A DNA stretch of 60,676 nucleotides, the filler included, from Asterionella formosa (lineage: Eukaryota), in assembly GCA_002256025.1 (NCBI GenBank). It is 8 parts of 8 records of this genome, joined end to end, with 100 filler letters (N's around TTAATTAATTAA, not from the genome) between each part and the next. Parts side by side here need not be neighbours in the genome. Positions count along the whole stretch, not along the records: positions 45,613 to 53,095 come from NKIB01012439.1; positions 53,196 to 60,676 come from NKIB01012440.1; 6 more parts are not named here. One strand, given 5' to 3'. Positions 48,501-60,676 of the stretch are shown one piece after another (the first letter of the stretch is position 1; each line of letters starts with the position of its first letter). Under the pieces are notes generated by a model. The model ran no database searches. It saw only the letters and a list, made by a program, of their open reading frames with translations, and was not told the origin of the DNA. The position numbers were made by a program, and so were the translations under genes.

Positions 48501-49826
48501 GTGTCATGAATTATGTTAGCATTTTTAAATTGAAACATATTTGATAAGAATATAATCAACAAATCAAAACATCATGCGTTGGGAGCATCTCCCTGGAACT
48601 GACCTAAGGTTCCCTTAAATTGATTATTCAATACATTCTGACATTCTCTCAACTTTCTAATGCACATACCACCAAATATGTTGATTTGATGTAATCTAAA
48701 CGTGCTTCGTTCATAAGTTCAATGGTCTGATTCATCGGAAGTAATGCATCAGAACCATTCCATATGAAATCGGCAAGCGCTGGGTCACTCTCCACTTACT
48801 CCGGTTTCAATGTGTATAGCCGAGTTAGTCAGGTCAACATTGGGCAAACCAATCCTGTTTGTGATTGGAAATGCCTTTCATACTACTTGGACCAGATAGG
48901 GCGGGATGTTTGATTCTCTTTTGGGACCAGAAAAAAGCACATTTGATTGATATTCTGTTTTACAGTACCTGCAATTCACGAATTATAACATCAAACTTTC
49001 ATGTTCACAGCAAAACTTCTTGGTCTTGAAATTAAAACTCACAACCTTCGTTACAATTGATGGTTCAATTTTAACTAAGCGGTAAGCGGGAACGACGTTC
49101 TAACAAGGCTGCTGAAATTGAAGATTCTTGATAACCTCGTATGGACGAGTTTTGAACCGAATTACGACCTTTGCAGTGATTGAGTTATTGACCAATTGAT
49201 AATTTCCTTTGGCAAGTGCAAAATGTTTTCCCTTAGTTTGTCATGTACTTGTTGGTCCTTGCGATTAGAAAATTTATGATATGGTACCATGTCGTCCATC
49301 TGCATCTGGGAGTTATTAAGGGTATCATCGACAGGAGACATTTTTCTTGCAGCAAAAACTGAAGAAGAACGTCATCATCACTTTCAGTATCAATTAGGGG
49401 ATCCTGTATGCTAGTTGCTGATGGTGTCCCCATCGATGATGGGGTAGTACCCCCACTAACTCCCTGTTGCCGATTGGGCTCCTTTGGATAATCGCCTATT
49501 CGCTTTTTCTTTGTTAACTCATTTTGGTACTTGCTTCTTTGTTCCATACCGGAAATATTTGCCATGTGTCGCTTGTTTCCATAAACCTATTTATTGGTTT
49601 TTGAAGACATTGTACTACTAGATAACTGTTGTCGTCGTCTTAACTTCGATGATCTTAAAATCAGTTGTTGCTACATTGAAATGAATCATCAGCCACTACA
49701 CATAATATTTACGCTGTCTAGATATGATACCAAAAGACCAACAATGCTATTTACATTTTCATATACAAAATCAGAACCAAGTTTTAGTAATAGCATATCT
49801 TGTTCTCAATTATACAATCATACGAT

Positions 49827-51357
49827 CCTGAAACTATGATGATTTACTGTCCCGCTGCAGTAGCAACAGTCCTGAACATGTGGTGTTCTGTTGCTTGCTA
49901 ACTACTCCGACTACCCCCAGTTTATCACTTCCTACCTGCTACTGGTACTCTGTATATATATTATAAAAATTTATGATCATATGATGTACATATGAAGAAC
50001 TCCCGCCAAATGTGGGGCTTAAATAATTAGTTACCAAAACCTTGCATATAAACAATGATATAAAAAGGGGTTGTGACTTCTGCCAATTGAATGGTCTAAA
50101 TAATTATTTCCAACGGACGTATAAAATATTGATGCAAACAAATTTCAGAAACAGTTAAGGTACACGATGTTTTGGAAAACAATGGACATATGGCCTGGTG
50201 CATTGAATATTTTCGAATTATCTTTATGCAGCCAAACATGATCATCTCAACAATACCAGACGCGCCATGTTGAGAGTGCCATTGAATTTTATAAATGTAT
50301 GACACTTGATATATTTATTTATTTATTTACAATTTTTTTAACTATATACATGGCAAATATATTTTAAGTCTTTCTGTCATGTTAACAAACAATGCCTGCT
50401 TCATGAAAAGAAATATCTTAGTAAAGCATGTAACAAGAAAGGAAAGTTTACGCAATGATGAAAAACATTGTGGCTTCAACACATTGCGCCTTCGAAGGAT
50501 GGAGTATGTTTAAGGTAATAAAGTCATCAATGTGGAACTTGGATGACAATTGTTGTCAGGGCAACAACAAATTGTAAACTAAACGCACGTTTCCTTTTTT
50601 CTCAGTTGATTCAATAGCTCATTTCGATTGTTGGGGAGCACCAATGTAAAACAAAACAAAATTGATAAGTGTTCTTGTCATTGGACCTATTCACTTCTAC
50701 TGGATCATAACTGACGGACATGTTTACCTTCACTCAAAGTTAAGCTAACGAAAATGAATCGGTAAGTTTTATTCGACAACAATGGATACCTGAAATTCAG
50801 CCACATATTCAAGAATTAACTGACAATTTACTATTACAGACTTATGCATCACTTGCTTGCGTTGATTTGTGGTAAGTGAAGCAAGAGGATATGATGAAAT
50901 TGCGTGTTGTTGTGTCAGTGTAACATGACTAGCTAACAAGTCATTCCTTCTCATTGTTACTGTAACTACATGCATAGGACAATAAAACCAATCAAACAAC
51001 GGAATATTCGGTGAGTTCAGAATGACACTAACAGCAGGGAAAGAGACGAAGCACTGCTTGGCACAAGATTCATAATAGAAGAAGAAAAGGGCAAGACAGG
51101 AACAATATGCATTTAGCCGAGTAGAGAGAGAAACGTTGGGTTGCTGGCCTGCAGAATCATAGATAGCATTGCTAAATTTGTTAATTAAATTAAGATCCAT
51201 TCCAATCCTTTTTGAACAATCCTTGTGATTAGTATTATGATCATGTTTAAGGTAGATATACAATGAAACAATTCACGTAATAGCATAGAGTCATAGAGTT
51301 GAGCTGATTTTAGGATGCGTTGTAGTAATAATTTACATTTGGCAATCACAAGAAGTG
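49827..51357 (-). repeat. Dispersed non-coding repeat, copy B
   Basis: Reverse-complement homolog of 41290-42995. Confidence 0.85.
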
Positions 51358-51771
51358 AAGACAGGATGTAGTACCTGGTACTGGTAGCACCGGTACTGAT
51401 TTTGCCAACTGGTAATTCAGTGCATTCAATACGTGTGGCTCAAGTGTGGATTGCGAGTTTTTACAAGACCGGGATACTTCAGCGAATCTGAAGCAGGTGA
51501 ATAAATTCAATTCAACCAATCAGAATATGTGTAATGATGCGGGAACTTGCCCTGGAGTCTTTTCGGACTTCGAATTATTCAGCGAAACATACCTACGCAA
51601 GACTCCAAGTATACGAGAACGTTTTTGCACGTACAAATTCTGATTCCAAAATTTTGGCGACTGTTGAAAACGCCGATCGGGTCTTTTTTTGGAGGTGGAT
51701 TGCTCTACATCTACTGGGTTTCATGAAGAATGAAATAGATAGCCATGTACCCTATAACGTCAGGATTTAAC

Positions 51772-51892
51772 TTCTGCAGAGAAGTGGCAGTTATCCCTTG
51801 TAGATTTTTTTATAAGCTTGATTGCCCCCTTTTTTGACTATTTTTTGGATAGTTACGATTCCAAGAGGGATAACTGCCACTTCTCTCCAGAA
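51772..51892. repeat. 27-bp inverted repeat (hairpin, 1 mismatch)
   Basis: ttctgcagagaagtggcagttatccct (51772-51798) versus agggataactgccacttctctccagaa (51866-51892). Confidence 0.9.
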
Positions 51893-53195
51893 ATGAGGTC
51901 CTTACCATATCTGTAAATAGTCATACCCCTAGGTCGACCCATGACTGTATCTAAGCGTATGCAAAGTGGTCGTATTGGTGAAAGCTAATTTTACCTTTAA
52001 CTATTTTATTTCGTTGCTCATACTTTGTGGATTGGAGTACATAATAAAATTATTTTGGAAAGAAACAGACCTCGTGACGTGTAACTGCGGGGCCGCAACC
52101 TTAAAACCCTACTCGGGAGGGCCAGTTACGAGAATACTCGCAGGCAGTCTCCACCCTCGGTTGTGTCTTACCTTCAGTACCTGGTACCGGTACCTCCTAA
52201 AAACTGAGAGTCATATAAAGTTTACCCCATGTTTCGACTCAAACTATTTTAGTCAAATTTCATGGTGACAACAAATCAAGTACGTAGCTAAATATAGAAC
52301 AGGCTCTCCGCTTTCAATAGGTCTGTTTAATTAGTAATGAAGCTTCATAATTCAAGAGATATGATGTTTTTAAAGTTGATGATTATGGTTGTTTTGTATG
52401 ACTATCAATACATATTTTTTACTACGTACCTGAAGAAAATTTTATATTCAAATTCTGGTTTCAATTACCCTATTGTTCACTCTAAAGCTTTTTCCTGCCA
52501 CAATATTATTTGTCCGTTGCATCATCTACCCATTTATTATTCATTGTTTTCATTTTTTAAACCTTAAATAATAATGCGTTTGCCTTTTAACTCAAATATT
52601 ATTTCAGTTTTTGTGTCAATAATCTTACTTTCATTCGTTTTGATGATGGTTTGATTTAGATTTATATAGGGATTATTTACGTTTGTCACTAATTAGTGTT
52701 CTGCTTACATCAGGCTACTGGTTTGGTATTACTACTATGACAGATGTCAGCCAAGCGAGAATTTTTTGTTTGATTGCTTGTTTGCTTCTCCACCTTGCTC
52801 CGCTTCCGCCTCTTTGTTTCGTCGCTTCCTTCATATTTCTCCTCTCAGCCAGCCACCCTTCATACTATTCTTCCTTGCCCGAAGCATGCAAGGCAGTGCG
52901 GCTGGAATTTCAATTTCCCCCTTATGTGCCAGCACAATTGTCAACTCCAGGCCAAGGGGGGAGAATAGGGGGGATTGGACTCGCAGCAAGAACCACAGCA
53001 GTTTTGATCTCTTCTGCTGGCGCCTGCTGGTCTCCTCGGTGTGAGGTCTCTCCCAAGCGGGTAAGTATGGCTTGTCTTGTTTGTGGTACCGGGAANNNNN
53101 NNNNNNNNNNNNNNNNNNNNNNNNNNNNNNNNNNNNNNNTTAATTAATTAANNNNNNNNNNNNNNNNNNNNNNNNNNNNNNNNNNNNNNNNNNNN

Positions 53196-55690
53196 TTTGT
53201 TCTGAGAATATCGACATTGTCCATGACGACATTTATCTCGTGTACATTGAGTACTTTGCTTGATAGAAAGCAGCGTTAAATTGGTGAAGAAAGATGGTTT
53301 GGAATACTGGTCATGCAGCAGCCCACAAGAACTGAAATTTTACACATCCTGATGACCAATTTGATCAATATACTTTCGTTCCGAGAATATCGATATTCGA
53401 AATGACGGCAATGATCTCGTGTAAATAGAATACTTTGCCGAACAAAAATCAGCCTGAAGTTGGTAGAGAAAGATGGTTTGGAATTTTTGTTGTCACAGAA
53501 CTGATGATCAGTCCACATGCATCCGAAAATTTACACATTCTCATGCCTCCATTGATCAATATATATTCGTTCTGAGCAAATTGACATTGGCCATGATGAC
53601 ATTGATCTCGTGTACATTGAATACTAGGCTGGATAGAAATCAGCCTTAAAATGGTTGAGCAAGATGGTTTGGGATTTCCGCTGCAGAAGTAAACAGCAAG
53701 CACAAAAAATAATTTATACACAATCCTGATGACCAATTTAATCAATAGATGTCCGTTCTGAGAATATCGACGTTCATAATGACAGCATTGATCTCATGTA
53801 CATAGAATACTACGCTGGATAAAAATCGGCCTTCAATTGGTTAAGAAAGATGGTTTGGAATTTGTTTTGCCACAGCACTGATGATCAGTCTACAAGCAAC
53901 GAAAATTTTACTCATCCTGATGCCTCCATTGATCAATATATAGTCGTTCTGAGAATATCGACATTTTACATGACAACTTTGATCTCGTGTACATTGAGTA
54001 CTTTGCTTGATAGAAAGCAGCGTTAAATTGGTGAAGAAAGATGGTTTGGAATACTGGTCATGCAGCAGCTCACAATACCTGAAATTTTACCCATCCTGAT
54101 GACCAATTTGATCAATATATGTTCGTTTTGAGAATATCGATATTCGAAATGACGAGACTGTTCTCGTGTACATCGAATACTTTGCTGGATATAAATCGGT
54201 CTGATATTGGTGGAGAACGATGGTTTGGAATGTTTGCAATCACAGCCCTGATGATCAGCCAGTTCACAGCAAGCACCGAAATTTTATACACCATCCGGAT
54301 GACCGATTTGATCAATATATGTTCATTCTTAGAATATCGACATTTGCCATGACGGCATTGCTCTCGTAGACATCGAAAATTTTGTTGGATAAAAGTCGGC
54401 TTTAAATTGGTGGAGAAAGGTGGTTTGGAATTTTTGTTGCCACAGCACTTATGATCAGTACACAGCGAGCACCGAAAATTTACACACCTCTTGGCTGATG
54501 ACCAGTTCGATTTATATACGTTCATTCTAAGAATATCGATACTCGAAATGACGGCAGTGATCTCATGTACATTGAATACTTTCCTGGATATAAATCGGCT
54601 TTTAATTGGTGGAGCAAGATGGTTCGTAATTTCCGTTGCAACAGCACTGGTCATGCAGCGCGCAGTCCACAGCAAGCACCGAAAATTTACACACCATCCT
54701 GATGACCAATTCGATTTATATATCTTCATTCGAAGTATATCGACATTCTCTATGTCGGCATTGATCTCGTGTATATCGAATACTATTCTAGATAGAAATC
54801 AGCCTTAAAATGGTGGAGCAGGTTGGTTTGGAATTTTTGTTGCCACAGCACCACTTACAATCAGTCCACAAGCACCGAAAATTTATTTCACATCCTGATG
54901 CCTGATGAACAATTTGATCAAAATATGTTTGTTCTTAGTAAAACGACATTCATTATGACGTCATTGATGTCGTGATCATCGAATACTATGATTGATATAA
55001 ATTAGATTAAATTGGTGGAGAAAGATGGATTGGAATTTTTGTTGCCACAGCGCTGATGATCAGTCCACAAGTATCCGAAAAATTACACATCCGGATGTCT
55101 CCTTTGATCAATATATGTTCGTTCTGATCATATCAACATTCAACATGACTGCATTTATTTCGTGTACATCAAATACTATGCTAGATAGAAATCGGCCTTA
55201 AATTGGCTGGTTGAGAAGGGTTGTTTGGAATTTTTGTCGCTTCTGCACTAATGATAAAGCCACAAGTACCGAAAAATTACTCACCATCCTGATGACCAGT
55301 TTGATCAAGGTATGTTTGTTCTGAGCGAGCATATTGGCATTGATCTCGTGTAAATCGAATACTATGCTAGATAGAAATTGACAATGAATTGGTAGAAAAG
55401 ATGGATTGGAATTTTGGTTGTTAAAGCACTGGTCATCAGTCCACAGCAGACACCTAAAATTTACACATCCTGATGCCTCCTTTGGACAATATACGTTCGT
55501 TCTGAGCATATCGACATTCGACAAGAAGCCTTTGATTTCGAGTACATCAAATAATATATTAGATAGAAATCGGCATCAAATTTATTGAGAAAGAAAATGA
55601 ATTGGAATTTAGGTTGCTACAGCACTGGTCATCAGTCCACAGCAAGCACCGAAAATTTTACGCATCCTGATGACGAATTTGATCAATACT
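53196..55690. repeat. Satellite array, 13 monomers of 179-204 bp
   Basis: A gttctgagaatatcga-like anchor occurs at 53199, 53378, 53569, 53755, 53946, 54125, 54325, 54524, 54728, 54931, 55121, 55318 and 55499. Confidence 0.95.
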
Positions 55691-56439
55691 GACTAAGCAT
55701 AGACTGCGCCAGCTTTTTCTGAAGTACAATATACACAAATTTAGTACAAAATGAATGTTGGCAAGGAGGACCATCCGCGCCAGTTTTCTTAATGAAAAGC
55801 AGCTGCTGGAATGAAAGGAACAAAATATCACATTCATGGTAAAATGAAATTATTGTTATTGTTATTGTTGTCGTTTTTGTCGTCTTTTCTGATATCATGG
55901 TTGTGTTCTCGTTGTCGTTATCGCTGTCCCTGTTGTTTCTGCTGTCATTTTTCTTGTTCTTATTCTATTCTTCTTTCATTGTGGTTACTGTGGCTGTATA
56001 CCCTTCTCTTCCTTGGTGTTCCTCGCCCTGCGTTTGAACTTGAACATGCATTGTTTGATATGGAATGTAAAAATGACTTGTTTGTTAAAAACCAGCCATC
56101 ATCTGACTCTGTGAATCTTGTTCTTCACTTCCAGATAACAAGGACTCTGTTGTAGGCCGGTTACTCTGGAAGAAACAGGCAGGCATTTTTTGTTTCTCCT
56201 TGTCATCACAACCAAGGGTGCATCTGAAAATTCGAGAAAAATGTGGTAAGCAGTTAATATTTTGGGAAATGGAAACAGGTCTTTTGTCACATTGTTGTTG
56301 TTCTTTTTGTTGTTGCCCTGCACCGTTGCTCGTTTTCTTCGTCTTGTGTTCGGAACTATGTTTGATTGTTGTTGTAGTTCCTTTACCTAAATTTCGTTCT
56401 TCCTCTTACTTGTGCCGTTTGGAATTGGAAAAGTGGTCA

Positions 56440-57140
56440 GTCATGAACTTACTCTGCGAATCTTGTTCCTTTCCTACAGACAATCAATCTGTTTTTGGTA
56501 GGACAGGGTTGAACCTTGGGAATAATGAAATGCGTCCTCGTGCTCTGCCTGTGTCAGGAAGGCTATCCTGTGTGAGGTAGGCTATCAATAATTTGTTATT
56601 CGCATTGTTGAAAGGATTCCTCTGGTGCATAGGGGAAAAATATATACATGGTAAGCAAGTGCAATGTTTTCTTGCCTTCTGCTGATATTGTTTGCTGTTG
56701 CTTATTGTGGGCGGATCTCCTCTCCAATTCCCCTTCGTCTTTGTTCGGAATTGTTAGCGCAGGCATTGCCTATTTGTAATGAATTACTAGAAGAAGGGCT
56801 TGATTGTGTGCTTGTTACTTGCTGATCACGAACTTACTCTGCAAACTCTGTTCTTTGTCTACAAACAATCAATCTGTTGAGCAAGGGATTTGTTGGGAAT
56901 CAGGCGGCATGGTAAGCACAACGAAAACGATGCCTTTGTAACAATTGTTTGTTCATGAACTCACTCTGCAACCGTTGTTCACTGATTGCATACAATCAAT
57001 TTGATGAGTGCTGGGTTGGACATTGGGGAACATGGTAAGGAGCACAACAGAACCGAAATCATGGCTTCGCAACTTATGCTTTCTCATCAACTCACTCTGC
57101 AAATGTTGCCCTATTTCTACAACAGACAATTAATCTGAGC
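56440..57140 (-). repeat. Four related cassettes resembling 21-nt micro-exons with splice sites
   Basis: Pattern on the minus strand is (g)attg/aattgt..tgtag|21 nt ending gcaga|gt(a/g)agtt, at 57096-57116, 56965-56985, 56838-56858 and 56453-56473. Confidence 0.6.
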
Positions 57141-57813
57141 AATGAGAATGAGCAGCCGGCTCATTTGCTATGAATTGATCTACCGATAGTAGCAACAGGG
57201 ACTCCTGCAAGTATGAGTAGCCAGGCAGCAATCTTGGGAGTCGTTACATCGTCCAGCTGCAAGAATGAACATCAATTGCTTGTCGTATTGGTTTGAGAAT
57301 TAAGTTCCATAGAAAGTATCAATATGAACTATATAGCGAAGCGATTAATTTGATTGATTTTGCGATCATTGTAGCTAGAATTTATATTAAACATTGATTG
57401 GTTACACATAATTATTTGTTTGACTAAAATATATATTTGTTTAACCTTGAGGTATTAATGTGATCAAAGTAAAGATAAAATGGGAGCAAACTAACAGAAT
57501 TCATGGTAGGCAGAGTGAAGAATATTTGTGAACGGAAATGTTGCAAATTGTAGAGAAAAGTACCGTATTATACAGATTATTACTGAACAAATTTTTCTTC
57601 GTGTTGCCAGAAAATATTGTCAGTTGGCCCCAAAAATTATGTGTGTTTCTAAAATAATTATGGAAGTTGTCGAAACTATTTTAGTTCACTCCATTCAAAT
57701 ATATTGTATGATGCATCATATTTTTTCTGTGATGTCATACCCTTAAATTATGTACGTAGATAAATTCATCATATTGGGCCACCCAAATAATTAATTTGGG
57801 TGATCATATTTGA

Positions 57814-60668
57814 CTAGCGTTTTTTTGTGACGGCTGTACCAGTAATCGGCGATGTAGATGTATGCTTGGTTGGAGACACAGGTTTCAGACCAGGTTGGAC
57901 ATGATCCTGCTGGAGGGAGATAGAATGTGGGAGCTTGATGATAGACCAGGTTTCACCTAAAGTTTCATCTGGGTTCCTATCTCGCTGGAGGGTAAGATGT
58001 GGACCCTTCTCCACCTGCTTATGATCCTTGCTGTTGACCCCAAGCAACTTCATATTCGATTTTTCAACAGACTTGAGAAATTCCAAGGAAGGACCAGCAT
58101 CTGAGGCATCCTCTGAGGCGATGGAAATATCTTCTTCGTCTTTGCCTTGTCGATTAGCCTTGGTGGTGTGCTTTGTTAAGGGCACAGGTTTCTGGGCAGG
58201 GTATAATACTGGAGGTGGTCAATGAAAAAAAACCACAGTGGCATTGTCACTGTTTTCCTTACGCGCATTTTTCTTTGATTGAGCTGCTGATTTAAGAACT
58301 GAATCATGAGTATTTGAATCATAATTCTTGGTGCTCCGGTCCAATCTCAAGTGGACATGATTTTTGACTGGACTAGGAATATTGTTAAGCAAAGCTGGTG
58401 GAGTTGGGACCGCAGCTTCTTTGGTCTTTACAATGTTCTTTTCCTTGGAAGAAATCAAGATTTCTTGCTCGATGTTTTTACGCCCCTCATTGTTAATGTT
58501 GGTCAAAGGTGGTGAAGGTAGGACCTGAACATCAACAATTCTCTTGGAGTCAAACCTGTTGGAAACGCCAAAAGTAGGGTCTTGAAAACTGTGCATCCAC
58601 TTTGCACTCTCTTCCACACCCTTGCTCCCAGTGAGAGGCCACTTGCTATTATTTTTCGTCAAATCTTCATTTGATGATGGGGACAACACTCGTACAGCAT
58701 ACTGCAAGCACTCCTGACGAAATTGGTGGTAGGCTGCATCAGCCTGATAGAGCAAGCTTGAAATATTTGCTGTGTTAGCTAGTGACACCCTCCTTGAAAC
58801 TGCCTTGAGAGCTGAACCTTTGAGTGTTGATTGCTCGGCGTGAAGCAAGAGTTCCTGCTAGGTCAAATTGTTTCGACCTTATCCCATGATGGGACAGGAT
58901 GAGTTCCAGCTTGATCACATTCTGGTTACTTTTGTCGAAATCGACAACAAAGGGTAGTTCAGGATTGACACAATGGAGGAGGTCATTTTTTGAGGCAGTT
59001 GCCTTTGACTCACTACTATCATCATCTGTTAGACTAATCACATCATTGACCTTGGAAGAAATTCGTGATTTCTTGGAAATAGAACTAGAAGGGGGCCAGG
59101 TACTAGCCTTCGATCGTTTCTTGATTATTGGCACAGCAACTTGTTTGGACTCCGGTTTGGAGACCATTTTGCTGGAGGTGGCAGCTGATTTGGAATCCGG
59201 TTTGGATACTTTTTTCCTGTTCATGGCAGCTGGTCTAGAGTTTGGTTTCGATACTTTTTTGCTGGGAATCGAGGCTGGTTTGCAGTCCGATTCAGATTCT
59301 TTGTAAGGATTAGTTACAGGCATTGATGCAACATCTCGGCTCCTGGCTGTTTATGCAGTGTTGTAAGCACCTGCCTTGGATGTGACGGCTTTGGTAGCAT
59401 CATGCTTGGGAGTAGCCTTGGCAGAAGGCTTGAGTGCAACAGCTTTCGCAGCAACAGTTCTTGGAGGAGCCTTCATCCTCGTCTTTGCAGCTTTCTTTGG
59501 AACACTCTTCTGCAAGAACACTCGCGATTGGGCCTGTGTTGATCCTGCTGTAACCATAGAAGCAGCCTTCTGTAAAGTGCCTCTCTTCGCACGCTTTCTG
59601 AGCGCATAAGAAGGAGCTTCCAAGCGGGATACTCTGATCCCATAGCTGCCTTTGCATTCATCACCTCTGTCAGGCGACGAATGCAAAAAAAGAAATGTGT
59701 GAATGAATAAATGAATATGAATACAGCACATATAGTAAACGAACGTACCTTTTGGTTGCTTGTAGATGAAACCCCCAATGGGAAGAACCATCGAGTACAT
59801 ATAGGCTGGCATACCGCGGAATCAGTATGTACTTGGGCGAGACGAAGTGGTTGATGCGGATGAGTTCAACATGCTCTTCCAATTGATGATGAGTGGCTGA
59901 AAGAAGACTCCCAGCTATATTTGTTCGCAAACACACGATAGGAAAGGTCTCGAAATTTACTGGTTCTGGCATATCAGGTCCATATTTTTATGTATCAAGA
60001 TCGCCATTGTTCTTGTTCCTCTCATCATGAAGAAGGTTTTCAAGAGGATGATTGATCCTTTCCATCCAAGGAATAGGATTGCAGTGTATAAATCCCAAGG
60101 ATTTATACCACTCAACCGCATTGCCCAGCACCTGCGCAAAAACTGGTTGATGTTGGGAAGGACATCCTGGGAATGCACAGTTCCAGGCCTCCTCATCAAT
60201 ACGAAGACGAGTAGCAGCTTGGATCAGCTATTGACCCATTCCACGTTTTTTGTACTTGTGCAAATCATGGGTTGAGTTATGATTACTTGTCACCAGATAG
60301 TGAATACAAGCAATAGGAGTTGGAAACTCTTTTTGCTCCACAACAACCATAGCTACGGGCTTGAACTTCTTCTCCAAGTTCTCCCTCTCTTCAATGGTAA
60401 TGACGAAGTTGCCATGAAGCTTCTTCTGGAGCTGATTTGCGTATAGAGCTTGGTTGGTAACAACGGAATTCCAATCGTTACCAAAAGATTTGGACAAGAA
60501 AGTCATAATCTCATTGATCTCCAAAGGGATTTTAGAGGTGGCGAAGGTGTCAAGGGGAATTTGGGTGATCCTAACTTTCCACTTGTACTGCCTATCATCA
60601 GCATTAGGGTCATGTACATTGATGCAACCAATGTACAATCTTCCTAAAGCCTCGAGACTTTTGCTCAC
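57814..60668 (-). pseudogene. Long decayed gene: GNAT-acetyltransferase-like region followed by a K/S/A-rich low-complexity region
   Basis: The frame reads through stops at 60228, ~59988 and 59351. KKRGMGQ*LIQ resembles GNAT motif A and NAVEWYKSLGF resembles motif B. Probable intron ~59680-59748; frameshifts near 58850 and 58225. Confidence 0.5.
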
Positions 60669-60676
60669 ATGAGTGA

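Noticed and set aside
46900..49565. Decayed coding-like minus-strand sequence
   Set aside because: Too fragmented, and no motif could be recognised.
41290..51357. Apparent giant inverted repeat enclosing a 10-kb element
   Set aside because: The two arms lie on different contigs separated by a linker, so their orientation and spacing are arbitrary.
53196..55690. CRISPR-like array or repeat-protein gene
   Set aside because: There are no unique spacers and whole monomers are homologous. Unit lengths are not multiples of three and no frame is conserved.
59351..60230. Stop-codon reassignment suggested by in-frame TAA/TAG
   Set aside because: Intact genes in the window end in TAA or TAG, and the same locus also has frameshifts, so decay is the simpler explanation.

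Overview
Eukaryotic nuclear DNA, most likely from a diatom. The evidence is short GT-AG introns, a bipartite signal-plus-transit peptide on plastid ribosomal protein L28, and diatom-type Copia, Gypsy, LINE and Harbinger remnants. The window is not one locus. It is eight unrelated contigs of steadily decreasing length (7523, 7508, 7504, 7499, 7491, 7487, 7483, 7481 bp) joined by 100-bp N-TTAATTAATTAA-N linkers, so adjacency across linkers means nothing. Intact or partial host genes: a 2OG-Fe(II) oxygenase, ALG1, plastid bL28, a class I ribonucleotide reductase alpha subunit with an N-terminal extension, a DUF2431/BMT5-like methyltransferase, a PH-like Q/P-rich protein, a STRA6-like membrane protein and the N-terminus of a membrane-anchored LRR-type protein. 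The rest is mostly decayed transposons and tandem repeats. The most notable observations are: (1) a Zn-finger/ARM-repeat/Pelle-IRAK-like kinase whose near-identical repeats vary at clustered positions; (2) four 21-nt micro-exon-like cassettes; (3) a ~190-bp satellite with hints of higher-order structure; (4) a tRNA-derived SINE-like insertion with a target-site duplication; (5) a position-conserved but sequence-diverged hairpin in transposon ends; (6) GGTACC palindrome clusters upstream of genes. All family assignments come from motif recognition by eye; no searches were run.
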